Origin: Candidatus Hydrogenedentota bacterium
GTDB lineage: Bacteria > Hydrogenedentota > Hydrogenedentia > Hydrogenedentales > SLHB01
Assembly (NCBI GenBank): GCA_029974275.1
Contig: JARKSN010000084.1
Location: 1-64,000, forward strand
DNA length: 64,000 nt
Direction: 5' to 3'
The notes under the pieces are model-generated. The model searched no databases, had not been told where the DNA came from, and saw only the letters and a program-made list of their open reading frames with translations. A program made the position numbers and the translations under genes. Positions within the stretch are counted from its first letter, which is position 1. Each line of letters opens with the position of its first letter. Of this stretch, positions 8,457-23,200 are shown one piece after another.

Positions 8457-10103
8457 ATGGATTCACAGCCGGAAGAATTCACCGTTCCAGTGCGGGCGCG
8501 CCCGGACTTGTATCGGGTGTTATGCAGCACGCAGGAGCTGTTCAACACGATCGGCGACGCCTTGATCATCGTAGACGCCCAGGGGCGCGTCTTGTTCTGT
8601 AACGATATGGCTCGCGCCATGTTCGGCGAGGAAGTGAGCCATCTCGAACTCGAAAACTGGCGCACGCAGTATCAGTACATGATGCCGGACGCGGCCCAGC
8701 CGGGCGGTCCCGACGCCACCCCTTTGTTACGCGGACTGCGAGGCGAAACGGTGACGCGCCAAGACATGCACATCAGCGGCGCGAACATCCGCAGCGTCTG
8801 GGTGAGCGTCATCGCAAGGCCCCACTACGACGGCGGGCGTTTCGAGTGGGCCTATGTCATTCTGCGCGACATCAACCTTCGCAAGTGGTCGGAAGAGGCC
8901 ATGCGCCTGCACGATCGCGTCATGACCTCCGCGATGGACGGAATCGTCATCATCGATGCGCGCAAATCCAACCTTCCCATCGTATACATCAACGCGGGAT
9001 TCGAGCGTCTCACCGGTTACAGCCGCGGCGAGGCTCTGGGCCGAGAGTTCGCCTTTGTCTTGCAGGGCGCTCCGGAACAGGAGGCGCGCGAGGAGCTTTC
9101 CCGGGAAATGAACGCGGAACGCGCGGTTGCCGTCGAGGCGGAAATGCGCCGCAAAGACGGCAGCGCATTCCATGCGCGCATCTCCATAACGCCCGTGCGG
9201 GAAGCAACAGACATGCTTACGCATTTTGTCGCCGTGATCGCCGACATCACCGAGTTGATCGCCACTCAGCGCCAGCTCCGGGAAACCACGCGCATGCTGC
9301 AGGAAGCGAATCAGCGAATATCGTGGTCGAACGAATACATGAAGCGCAACCTGCAGGCCGCGGCGAAAGTCCAGCAGGCGCTGTTGCCGAGCACGTTGCC
9401 CGAAATGGATGGTCTCCACTTCGCCTGGGCATTCCGGCCAAACGAGGAGTTGAGCGGCGACATCTTAAACGTAATCCAGCTCGACGATGACCATGTGGCG
9501 CTGTACCTTCTCGACGTCACGGGACATGGGCTGGCGTCCGCCATGCTGTCCGTCGCGGTGAGCCGTCTGCTCTCTCCGGTGCGCAGCGCAACGGCCCTCC
9601 TCTATGAACGCGACGCCGTCACGGGCGAATACTCGGTGGCGAGGCCGGGCAAAGTGGCCACGCGCCTTGCCATGCGTTTCGAATGGGACGCCGAAACAGC
9701 GCAGTTCTTCACGTTTGTGTACGGCTTGATCAATCGGCGCACCCGCGAATTCGCATACGCCTGTGCTGGCCATCCGGCTCCGGTGTGTCTTTCGGACGCA
9801 GGCGTTCACATTCTGGAACAAACCATTGACCTGCCCATCGGCATCATGCAGGGCGACTATACCGAAAAATGCGTCCGGCTCGCTCCGGGATCGCGCCTCT
9901 ATCTCTACTCCGACGGCATCATCGACACGATGAATCCGCGCAATGAACTCTTTGGAATGACGCGCATGACGGACGTGCTGGCGCGCATGCGCCCGCATCC
10001 GCTGGCCGAAGGGGTCGAAGCGCTCATGAATGCGCTGCACGCATGGAGGGAAGAAGGAAGCGTCAAAGACGACATGTCCCTTCTTGCAGCCGAAATCGAC
10101 TGA
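8457..10103 (+). CDS. PAS-PAS-PP2C (SpoIIE/RsbU) serine phosphatase
   Basis: Two PAS domains, coiled coil, then VQQALLP, LSGD, LDVTGHG, CAGHP, LYSDG, DDMS. Confidence 0.9.
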   Translation: MDSQPEEFTVPVRARPDLYRVLCSTQELFNTIGDALIIVDAQGRVLFCNDMARAMFGEEVSHLELENWRTQYQYMMPDAAQPGGPDATPLLRGLRGETVTRQDMHISGANIRSVWVSVIARPHYDGGRFEWAYVILRDINLRKWSEEAMRLHDRVMTSAMDGIVIIDARKSNLPIVYINAGFERLTGYSRGEALGREFAFVLQGAPEQEAREELSREMNAERAVAVEAEMRRKDGSAFHARISITPVREATDMLTHFVAVIADITELIATQRQLRETTRMLQEANQRISWSNEYMKRNLQAAAKVQQALLPSTLPEMDGLHFAWAFRPNEELSGDILNVIQLDDDHVALYLLDVTGHGLASAMLSVAVSRLLSPVRSATALLYERDAVTGEYSVARPGKVATRLAMRFEWDAETAQFFTFVYGLINRRTREFAYACAGHPAPVCLSDAGVHILEQTIDLPIGIMQGDYTEKCVRLAPGSRLYLYSDGIIDTMNPRNELFGMTRMTDVLARMRPHPLAEGVEALMNALHAWREEGSVKDDMSLLAAEID

Positions 10104-10135
10104 ATGCGCGGCTGCGGCGCATTCCCGCACGTGCG

Positions 10136-11290
10136 TCAGCCGAACGTTTCGCGCATGCGTTCGCAATAGTGGCGAATGGCGTCCCATTCGGCGTCAGGCG
10201 CGATGCGATGGTCCGGACACGGGATATAGCCCCCCAACTCGACCAGCGGCTTGAGCCGTTCGACTTCCTCATCGACCGCGGCGCGGTCTCGGGCGAAAAC
10301 GACTTTGTTCATGCCGCCCACGCCGCGCAGTTCTTTCCCGTACGTTTCCCGCCACGGCGCGATGCTGGCGCCCCACGTGCCGACTTCGATGGGAAACATG
10401 GTGTTGACGCCGTTGTTGATCCAGGCGGGGATAAGCGCGTCGATGCAGCCATCGCAGTCGAGCGAAACGATCGTGATGCCGTATTGGCGCAGTAGATGGG
10501 TGATGCGTTTGTAGTGCGGACCGACTTTCTCGTCGAATACGCTGGGGATGACCAGCGGGCCGTTTTTGAAACAGATGTCTTCCCAAAAATGTCCGAAATC
10601 GAATTTCGCGCCGCTTTCCAAGGCCATTTTGACGCACCGGTAACAGAGTTCCCCGACGGCGTCGATGATCTCCGTAAAAAGGGCGTCGTCCTCGGCAAAC
10701 AAATAACTCGCGCCCGTCACGCCGAGAATATTGCGAATGTTTCCAAACAGGCTGCCGCAGTGAAGGCCGTAGAGATAATCGCGATCGTCATTTCGGAGAA
10801 AATCCAAGCCGCCTTTGGGCCAAGGGATCGATGTTTCGCCGGTCCATACGTGCACGTCGCGAACGCGATCCTCGGAAAACTGCAGCCGATGCCGGTAATG
10901 CTCTTCCCAAGAGGACCGGTCCTTCAGCAGATGATCTATCTCCGCGGGAATGGAGCCAGCCCCTGGTTTCTCCAACACGACGACGCCATCGCCATTGCGC
11001 ACCTTTTTGACGCCGTCCGTCAGTTCCTCGAGCACCTCGGGTTCAAAACCCGGCGCGAGAAAGGCGTTCGGGTAGAACATGGACTGATAGTTCGCGTCAA
11101 ACCCCAGTTTTGTCCCGATAATCTTGTCCTCGAGATTCCCATCTCCATGCTTTTCGGCCTGTTCCCGGGTGATATGTCCTTCTTCCGCCCACTTGTCGAG
11201 CGTCTCTCTCCAGAACCCAAAATGGACCAACGGAAGCCGATCGTACGGTTGGTAGTTGAGAACAGCAAGAATCCGTTCGCGATTTGTCAT
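10136..11290 (-). CDS. Uroporphyrinogen decarboxylase-fold (URO-D/MtaA-like) protein
   Basis: MTNRERILA start with SD GGAGG; FWEDICFKNG, DCDG, GGYIPCPDHRI. Confidence 0.8.
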   Translation of the reverse strand: MTNRERILAVLNYQPYDRLPLVHFGFWRETLDKWAEEGHITREQAEKHGDGNLEDKIIGTKLGFDANYQSMFYPNAFLAPGFEPEVLEELTDGVKKVRNGDGVVVLEKPGAGSIPAEIDHLLKDRSSWEEHYRHRLQFSEDRVRDVHVWTGETSIPWPKGGLDFLRNDDRDYLYGLHCGSLFGNIRNILGVTGASYLFAEDDALFTEIIDAVGELCYRCVKMALESGAKFDFGHFWEDICFKNGPLVIPSVFDEKVGPHYKRITHLLRQYGITIVSLDCDGCIDALIPAWINNGVNTMFPIEVGTWGASIAPWRETYGKELRGVGGMNKVVFARDRAAVDEEVERLKPLVELGGYIPCPDHRIAPDAEWDAIRHYCERMRETFG

Positions 11291-11348
11291 CGTTCCTCCG
11301 CTTGCGTAAATGGATAAAGGAAGCGGAACGCTTTCCTTGACGGCATAA

Positions 11349-11927
11349 CTATTTCGACGCAATCTGAGACGCTGCGTCTCGGGCAACTCTCGCAACGGCT
11401 TTGGTCATCGCCTCGGTCAACGCGGCGGGGCCTTCGCAGGACATTGGCTCCGTCGCCGAAACGGCATCCGCCCAGATGAGATCGCGGTCGCCGAAAGAGC
11501 GCAATTCCAGGCGAACTTCGCATAACGCCGAGGCCTTGCCCGCCGTCCGGACCTCTTCAAAACGCCTGAGTTCGCCGGTCAACAGATAGGTCGGACTTCG
11601 CATGTCCGCGGCGTCCCCCACATCCCGGAAACGATGCGTCGCGGTCAACGCATCCAATAAGGCTTTTCCCACGACATCGCGCGGCATGTCCGTCCACGCC
11701 GCATGTGGATACGCGTCCACCGCATTTCCATCGGCGACGAACAGCATCCTTTCGTTGTGCATGCGTCCCGCCAGCAGCGGGCGCATTCCGATCGTGCGAT
11801 CGGTGGCCTGCATCCGCTCGATCGCGATCTCGGGATATACCGCAAAATAGCGCATGGGCACATAGCGCACTCCGCCGCAGCCCAGCGCCGACAACACGAA
11901 AACAAGAATAACGGCCCTATGCATCAC
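11349..11927 (-). CDS. PqiC-like ABC transport auxiliary lipoprotein
   Basis: Lipobox-like SALGC; YPHAAW, LTGELRRFEE; follows mlaE/F/D. Confidence 0.75.
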   Translation of the reverse strand: MMHRAVILVFVLSALGCGGVRYVPMRYFAVYPEIAIERMQATDRTIGMRPLLAGRMHNERMLFVADGNAVDAYPHAAWTDMPRDVVGKALLDALTATHRFRDVGDAADMRSPTYLLTGELRRFEEVRTAGKASALCEVRLELRSFGDRDLIWADAVSATEPMSCEGPAALTEAMTKAVARVARDAASQIASK

Positions 11928-12892
11928 TTGCCTCCCGACGGTTCGCCTCGTCCCCTGAGCAGCGAGGCAGGGTCTTGTTTGAGATATTCCGCGAGTTCGC
12001 GAATGGATTGCAGCGTGGCGTCCAAAGCCTTGAGCGTCTCGCGGAAATTGTATTCGGCGCTGTCCACGTTGGCGCCGAACGACCCCGCCGCCTTGGTCAA
12101 GGCCTCGGACGTTATGGACAATTTCGCCACCAGTTCGTTGGCGTTGCGGGCGGTGTCCCCAATCGCTTTTACGGTCTCATCCAGTTGCAGCGGTTCCACT
12201 TTGGCGTTAAGCGTCGCGAGCAGCTTGTCGGCATCCGCCGCGACAGTGCGCGCGGACTTCATCGCCTCGCGGAAGTCGTCAATGCCTGGCTGAGCCTTTT
12301 CCGCAATGCCCTGTAGGGCGCTGTCCGCGGCAGCGACAAACTTCCGGCTGTCATCCACAAACCCATTGAAGTTGCGCACCGTCTCGGTCAGCTCTCCTTC
12401 CTCCATTCCTTCGACCCCCTTCCGAATTTGGGCGATCGTCGCGCGAATATCATCGAGCACGTCTTGCACCTGAGACACAAAATTCTGCACGACGCTGGGG
12501 CTCGCGGGAATCTGCGATCCGGGCCTTAGCGGCGGCGCCGCGCGATCGCCGCCTTCCAATGAAACCGCCATCATGCCTGTCGCCAGGCTATAGATGACGA
12601 GCTTGGCCTTCACGCCTTCGTGGAGTTCGGCCTTGCGCGGATCGATGCGGATATCTACGTGGGGCAATCCCTCATCCGTGACTCGAGTCGCGGCGACTTT
12701 GCCAATGGGCACGCCTTTGAACTCGACCACCGATCCTTCGCCGAGACCAAGAACCGATTCGGAAAATTCTATCCAATATGGAATCGATTCGCCCCGGCCA
12801 TAGCCGCCGATGTACAGCAACAGCGCCGTCAACGCCGACGCATTGATGAGGAGAAATATCCCCACTTTCGCTTTTTGGCCCCGTGTCGCCAC
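11924..12892 (-). CDS. mlaD: MCE/MlaD family lipid-binding protein
   Basis: N-terminal TM, FSESVLGLGEGSVVEFKGVPIGKV, long helical region, C-terminal QDPASLLRG. GTG start with SD. Confidence 0.85.
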   Translation of the reverse strand: MATRGQKAKVGIFLLINASALTALLLYIGGYGRGESIPYWIEFSESVLGLGEGSVVEFKGVPIGKVAATRVTDEGLPHVDIRIDPRKAELHEGVKAKLVIYSLATGMMAVSLEGGDRAAPPLRPGSQIPASPSVVQNFVSQVQDVLDDIRATIAQIRKGVEGMEEGELTETVRNFNGFVDDSRKFVAAADSALQGIAEKAQPGIDDFREAMKSARTVAADADKLLATLNAKVEPLQLDETVKAIGDTARNANELVAKLSITSEALTKAAGSFGANVDSAEYNFRETLKALDATLQSIRELAEYLKQDPASLLRGRGEPSGGK

Positions 12893-12907
12893 CGTGGTGC
12901 TCCTTCC

Positions 12908-13675
12908 CTAAACGTTTCGCTGGGATATGCGATCATCGGCGCGCCGCTCGAAAAACTGACGGACCCGCGCCATATCGGTCCGCTCGGCTTCCTCCAGCGT
13001 TCCGCCAAAAATCACCTGCCCTCGGTCCAGCATCAGAATATGGTCTGCAATCGAGCGGATCGAGTCGAGTTCGTGCGTCACGATCACGAAGGTAATGCCC
13101 AGCAGCTTCCGAAGACGCAGCACGAGATCGTCCAACCCCGCCGCCATGATCGGATCCAAGCCCGCCGACGGCTCGTCAAAAAAAACCAGCGGCGGATCCA
13201 GCGCAATGGCCCGTGCGAGTCCGGCCCGCTTCCGCATTCCTCCCGAAAGGGCGTCCGGAAGCAAATGCTGTGCAGCCTCCAAGCCCACCAGGCTGAGCTT
13301 GAGACGAACGATAGCCTCGATCAGGCCCTTGTCGCGAATCCCGCCGTATTCACGCAGCGGCAACGCTACATTTTCCCCTACGGTCATCGAGTTGAACAAA
13401 CCGCCCGATTGAAACGCGATGCCTATTTTTCGCTGAATTTGCGACAGGCGTTCCTCGTCCAAAACAGTGATGTCCTCGCCCGAATGCAAGACCTCTCCCG
13501 AAGTGGGTTTCAACAAACCGGTGAGGTGTTTGAGCAACGTGGTCTTGCCGCAGCCGCTGGCGCCGATGACAACGAACACGTCGCCTTGCGCCACGCGGCA
13601 CGACACCCCATCGAGCACCCGCTTATCGCCGTAATGCGTCACGAGGTCGCGAGCTTCGAGTATCGGAGTTTCCAT
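12908..13675 (-). CDS. mlaF: MlaF/Mkl-type ABC ATPase
   Basis: GASGCGKT, FQSGGLFNSMTV, LSGGMRKRAGLARA, DEPSAGLDP, VTHE. Confidence 0.9.
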   Translation of the reverse strand: METPILEARDLVTHYGDKRVLDGVSCRVAQGDVFVVIGASGCGKTTLLKHLTGLLKPTSGEVLHSGEDITVLDEERLSQIQRKIGIAFQSGGLFNSMTVGENVALPLREYGGIRDKGLIEAIVRLKLSLVGLEAAQHLLPDALSGGMRKRAGLARAIALDPPLVFFDEPSAGLDPIMAAGLDDLVLRLRKLLGITFVIVTHELDSIRSIADHILMLDRGQVIFGGTLEEAERTDMARVRQFFERRADDRISQRNV

Positions 13676-13680
13676 AGTCG

Positions 13681-17869
<4,189 letters not shown>

Positions 17870-17873
<4 letters not shown>

Positions 17874-19018
17874 GATGACTCGCCTTTTGCGGAAGGGGGT
17901 TGCGAAAGATCGAAATGAACGGAGGCGGTCATGCCGGCCTTGAGTTTTCCGCCGTGGGAATCAAGGCGAAGTTTGACGCCGAACACCTGCTGCACGCGCT
18001 CCTCCTTCGTTTGCAGATTGCGCGGCGTGTACTCTCCCTGGGTGGCGAAATGAATGATGGTCCCCTCGTACGGACCTCCGTCCGGAGCGTCGGTCATGAC
18101 CTTGACCTGCTGGCCGAGAGTGAGATGTTCGAGCGCGCTTGCGCTCACGTACACAACGAGTTCAAGCTGATTCGGATCGACAAGACGGACCGATGCGCCA
18201 GGCTTGAGAATATCGCCAGGACGAATGTCCATCGACTCGACAACGGCGTCCCACGGCGCAACAATCTCCATCTCCCGCAGATTCGCCATGGCGCGATCAA
18301 GCTCCGCCTGGGCCGCATCGCGCGCGGCGCGAGCCGTTTCCAAATCCTCGCGACGCGTTCCGTTCCGAATCAGATCGAACGCCGCCAACGCCTGGTCGCG
18401 CGACGCCTTGGCCATGGCCAGCTCCTCCGAGCGCGTCCCTTTCACGAGAAGGTCAAGTCGCTCTTCCGCAGCCTGGTATTGCGCGGCGGCGGCGTCGCGC
18501 GCATGTTGCGCCTGATCGCGCGATTGCAGCGAAACGGCATTGCGATCATAGAGGCTTTGCAGCCTTTGGAACTCCGTTTCGGCCGCATCACGCTGCGCGC
18601 GCAACGCCTTGGCTGTTTCACGCGCGGCCTCGATTTCCTGCGACCGGGCTCCCTTCACGGCCATGGCATACTGTTGTTCTGCGCGCTGGGCCGCGGCTTC
18701 GGCTTGGCGCAATTCTTCGGACCGAGCGCCCGCCTCCAGCTTGGCCAATGTGGCCGTCGCCTGATCAAGTTTGGCCCTTGCCCCGTTGACCAGCGCCTGC
18801 GCTTCGTCCGATTCGAGACGGACCAGCGCTTGGCCCTTCTTGACCCGCTCGCCTTCGTTGACAAGCACTTCCTTGACGCGTCCGCCCACCCGCGAGCCGA
18901 CATCCGCGCCGATGCCTTCAATTTGTCCCGTGACCGTCAGCGCGTCCGGATCGTCGCCCATGCATGACGTCAGTAATCCAGCAATGGCCAAGGTAAACGT
19001 CAACATCATTGCTTTCAT
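17870..19018 (-). CDS. HlyD/YbhG-like membrane fusion protein (probable lipoprotein)
   Basis: LTSC lipobox-like, biotinyl-lipoyl VGSRVGGRVKEVLVNEG, long coiled coil, GEYTPRNLQT, LKAGM. Start approximate. Confidence 0.85.
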
Positions 19019-19159
19019 GCACCACCTAGCTATTGGATCCATCCTAGCCCCTATATCGCCACGTTCCATGTAATCATTCCCCGGCATCGACTCCGCCTCA
19101 AAAACAGCGAATCGATGATAACAGGAAGCCCGATGAAGCTCCATACCAGCAGGTAGGCA

Positions 19160-19188
19160 TTCTCCTCCGTCAGGATGACGGAGGAGAA
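19160..19188. repeat. Perfect 13-bp inverted repeat
   Basis: TTCTCCTCCGTCA-GGA-TGACGGAGGAGAA. Confidence 0.8.
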
Positions 19189-19352
19189 GAAGACGCGGAA
19201 AAACCTTCCATTCCTGAATCCAGTCGTCTCAATAAGAGCGGATTCACATGCGTTTTGCCAGGGCGAATACGAAACTGCCCCGCAAAATGCGTCGTGCAGG
19301 ATTCAACGGCCTCCCGCGCAAAACGTTCCCCTCAGATTGGCAAACGTTTTTT

Positions 19353-20180
19353 CTAATCCACGCTCTTGTAGTCAAAACGTTCGAATTCTACCCACGATGC
19401 CGCGCTGGACCCCTTGAGCTGAGCCCAGAACCGACTGGGATTTTCCGGCGCTGCGGCAAAGATGCGCGCGCCCTCCGGAACAACCACGCCCGACACGCGC
19501 ACGCTCAGAAATATTTTCGCATTCGCGAGGACGTGCGCGTCGGCGACAATCGCCGCCGACGCGATGGTCACGCCACTCTCGACGATGGAGGGACCCAGCA
19601 ATTGAGAGCCGTTGCCGAAAAAGACGTTGTCGCGAACGACAGGATGACGACGCCCCGCGCGCGACCGCTTGCCCGTGGCGCCCAACGTGACGCCATGATA
19701 GAGGAATACGCTTCCTCCAATCCGAGCCGTCGCCCCAATCACCGTGCCGTGCCCGTGATCGATGGCAAAGGGAACGCCCACGCTGGCTTGCGGGTGAATT
19801 TCGACGTTCGTGTCCTTCTGCACGTATTTGGCCATCCACTCCACATCGTACAGCAGTTCCGGATGAAGGAGCAGAATTTCCGAGAAAAACCGATGCGCGA
19901 CAATCGCCGCCATCCCGCGCCGGACGCTGAGAATCTGCCGATCTGAATAATCCGTCGAAGCCGGGTCCTGACTGCGAAAAAACGCGAGGTCAGCCGCGAT
20001 CATCGCGCGCAATTCCGTTCCCCGCACTTCGCCGAACGAACGAAGCAGCAGCGCGTCGATCCGTTCCGTATCCACCTCGCCGCCGTCCAGACCCAGGACA
20101 TCCACAAAATCATCTGCAAACCGCCGCACCTCTTCTCCGACAAGAACAGGAGATGCAAACAAGGACTCCGACTGCGTCAT
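19353..20180 (-). CDS. cysE: Serine O-acetyltransferase-like hexapeptide-repeat protein
   Basis: DPA motif, EIHPQA, IDHGHGTVIG, YHGVTLGATG, RHP. Confidence 0.75.
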   Translation of the reverse strand: MTQSESLFASPVLVGEEVRRFADDFVDVLGLDGGEVDTERIDALLLRSFGEVRGTELRAMIAADLAFFRSQDPASTDYSDRQILSVRRGMAAIVAHRFFSEILLLHPELLYDVEWMAKYVQKDTNVEIHPQASVGVPFAIDHGHGTVIGATARIGGSVFLYHGVTLGATGKRSRAGRRHPVVRDNVFFGNGSQLLGPSIVESGVTIASAAIVADAHVLANAKIFLSVRVSGVVVPEGARIFAAAPENPSRFWAQLKGSSAASWVEFERFDYKSVD

Positions 20181-20243
20181 GATTTCCCTTCCGTTGCCGT
20201 TTCTCGCATGGCCAGCCGTCGCATCGAGGCATCCATGCGCGCT

Positions 20244-23200
20244 TCACATCAGTCGCAACGCAGCATTGATGACCATCTGCACGTCCAAGGCGTCAGTCGC
20301 TCCGTCCAGGTTCACGTCCGTGTGGAACGGAACGGGAATCCGCAAGGCCCCATTGATGACCAGTTGCACGTCGATCGCATCCACTTGGCCGTCCACGTTC
20401 ACATCGTAGGGATTGTCATCGTGTGGCGAAAGAGGATTGCGTCCCAACCGGATCTCGTCGCCATCCTTCACCCCTCCCCCATCGGTATCCGCCACGAATG
20501 GATTCGTGTGATGGAGGAGCGCTTCATCCCGCGTCGATAGGCCATCGCTGTCCGGATCCGCTTCCGCGTCGCTCGCATCATAGGGATCAAGGCCCAAGGA
20601 CCGCTCCAAACGATCGTCAAGGCCATCGTTATCGCTGTCGAAATCAAGATAATTCGCGATGCCGTCCTGGTCCGGATCTTCATCGCCTTCCGTTTCATCG
20701 AAAATGCCGTCTCCGTCGGAATCGGATTCCGCAAATTCATAGGCGCCCATATCCGGCCCGCTCCCCTGCGGTTTCGGCATGTTCCGGATATCCACGCTTG
20801 TCGCTTCACGCGGAACCGTTCCCGTCAATTCGTCCGCCCGGGCCGCACTATCCCGGGCAGGCGAGTCCGCGACGATACGAAAATCGCCGATCGAAGGATC
20901 GACGAACAACGGCGGCTCGTTCAGATTCCCCGGACCCGGCTCGTTTCGTTGCACGATCGAATACCGGAAAGGGGCATCCCCGACAACGACATCCGGCCCG
21001 TTTCCCCACACAATAGTATTTTCGCTCAACGGCAGCGGGCCATTCGTCGAGTAGTAGGCGGATCCCATAAGCCCCTTGTTGCCATAAAACGTGCAGCCGA
21101 GAATGCGAGGTTCCCCGAGAGTTCCGGAGACAAAGCCCATGCTATAGAGCACCCCTCCGGCCGTTCCTGCCTCGTTGTCGTAGGCAATGCAATTGGCCAT
21201 GAACAACGCCATCTCCTCGCACGCCAGCACGCCGCCCGCCGGGGCTATGTTCCCCGTGAATTCGCACGCAACCGCCAGCAAATCCGTTCCCGTCGAAGCG
21301 CCTATGGCCCCGCCGCCAAGGAATCCGCCGCCTTGCGCCCGATTCCCTTCAAAAAAACACTTTCGGAACGCTATTTCGCTGTTCTCGCTCCAAATCCCTC
21401 CTCCATCGCTGGCCTCACACCCCCGGAAAACACAATCGATCGCGCGCAGATTGCTCCAGCGAATCCCAATCCCTCCTCCAGTCTGCGTGGCCATATTGTT
21501 TTCGAAAACGCACCGCGACAAGTTGATATTCGACGAGTCGACGGAAAGAGCGCCGCCTCGCGAAGCCTTGTTGTTGGAAAAGACGCAATCGCGCAGCGTC
21601 ATCGACATATGCCACACATACAGCCCCCCGCCGCTCGGCGCAGACTTTCCCCGCGCGTCGCCCCCTTGTATGTACAAACCATCCAGGATCGTGTCGTTGG
21701 CGCCCGTAATCACATGCGTTGCCGCCGTCCCACTGCCGGGATTGACTCCATACAACACGGTTGCATGCCGCGAAACGTTCCGCTGATCGCGTGCAGTCTC
21801 CCTGCCGGAAAAGCCTCCATAGACATCCACGCCGGGACGCAACACGAAGGCTCCCGCGTCCGGTTGCGCGCCGTTCCAATAGTAGAAGCCTTGGGCCACC
21901 CAGACTTCTCCGCCAGTGGCGTATGCCTTCTCGATTCCCTCCTGGACGCCCGTAAGCGCCGTAGCCCACGAGGCGCCCGTCTTGACCAAGGCGCTTGACC
22001 GTTCATCCACATACACTACATTTCCCGGAAACTCATAGGCGCCCAAGTCTGTTCCCCGTCGCTGCGGTCTTGCGCGTCCCTCCCAATCTGGCCGCGCGGC
22101 GTACAGAGCATCGCCCTTGTCGATGCACGGAGAAGCTGCGCCCAGATGCACATCCAAGGCCTCAATATCCACGAACAACGGGTCCGCATCCATAACTTCC
22201 GTCCCGCCTGAAAAACCCCGTATGTTCGAATGACGCGCGTCAAATCCCGCTCCGCTGAGCGCAGGCGACGCGGAGCTCCAAACGATGGAATTCACAATGA
22301 CGGTTGTCGCTTCCTGATTCACCAGTTCAGGCGCCGTGGACTCTTGAGAGCTCGCGAGCGTCGAGTTGAGAAGAGCCGCATGCGATGTCACCCCCTGAAT
22401 GCTGTGCGCGCTTCCTGCCCAGTTGCCGATAAAACAACAGGTGTCAAGCTGCACTCTCGACGCAACGTGAAAAAGCCCCCCGCCCGCCGGAGAAGCATTC
22501 GCAAGGAAAAGACACCTGTCCCACGACAGTATTGAATCCGCCACATAGGCTCCTCCGCCCTTGGCTTGTGCGATATTCTGCGTAATGACGCATCGGTTCA
22601 CTGCGCCGCGCGATCCCGCGACATACAATCCTCCTCCATTCGGATCATTCGCGCCGGGACCGCTGGCTCCTCCGCCGGAAATGGTCAATCCATCAAGGGT
22701 CACGTCGCTGCAATTCACGATTTCCACGACATGCCTCGCCATCTCTCCGTTCCGGGCGCGCACGCCCGATATGACCGAAGGAGTTCCATCCATAGGTCTA
22801 TCGGCAGAGGCCGTTTCCCCTCCTGCAAAACCTCCATACACATGCACGCGCGACCGCAGCGTCAGCGCTCCCGCCGCCGAGGTTTCGGAACGGTCTTCTT
22901 CATAAACGCCGCCCTTGATCCACACCTGCCCGCCGCCCAACGCCGCCGCCGTGTCGATGGCGGGCTGCACGCGCGTAAACGCCTTGGCCCAGGAAGTGCC
23001 ATTGCCGGATATGCCCAAATCCTTGTCCACATACACCACTGGCGGCATCTCATAGGCGCCGATGTCGACTCCGCTCCGTTGAGGACGCACGACATTGGCG
23101 ATATCCCGCGCCGGAGCCTGGAGCGAGACGCCCATATCCAAGGCGGGCGAGTCCTCGCGCAAGCGGAGATCGCCCGATGCGGCATCGACAAACCCCGGAC

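Noticed and set aside
19120..19145. GCCCGATGAAGC resembling part of a SAM-I riboswitch near the cysE-like gene
   Set aside because: Wrong strand and position relative to cysE, and the GCAACC and other core elements are absent.
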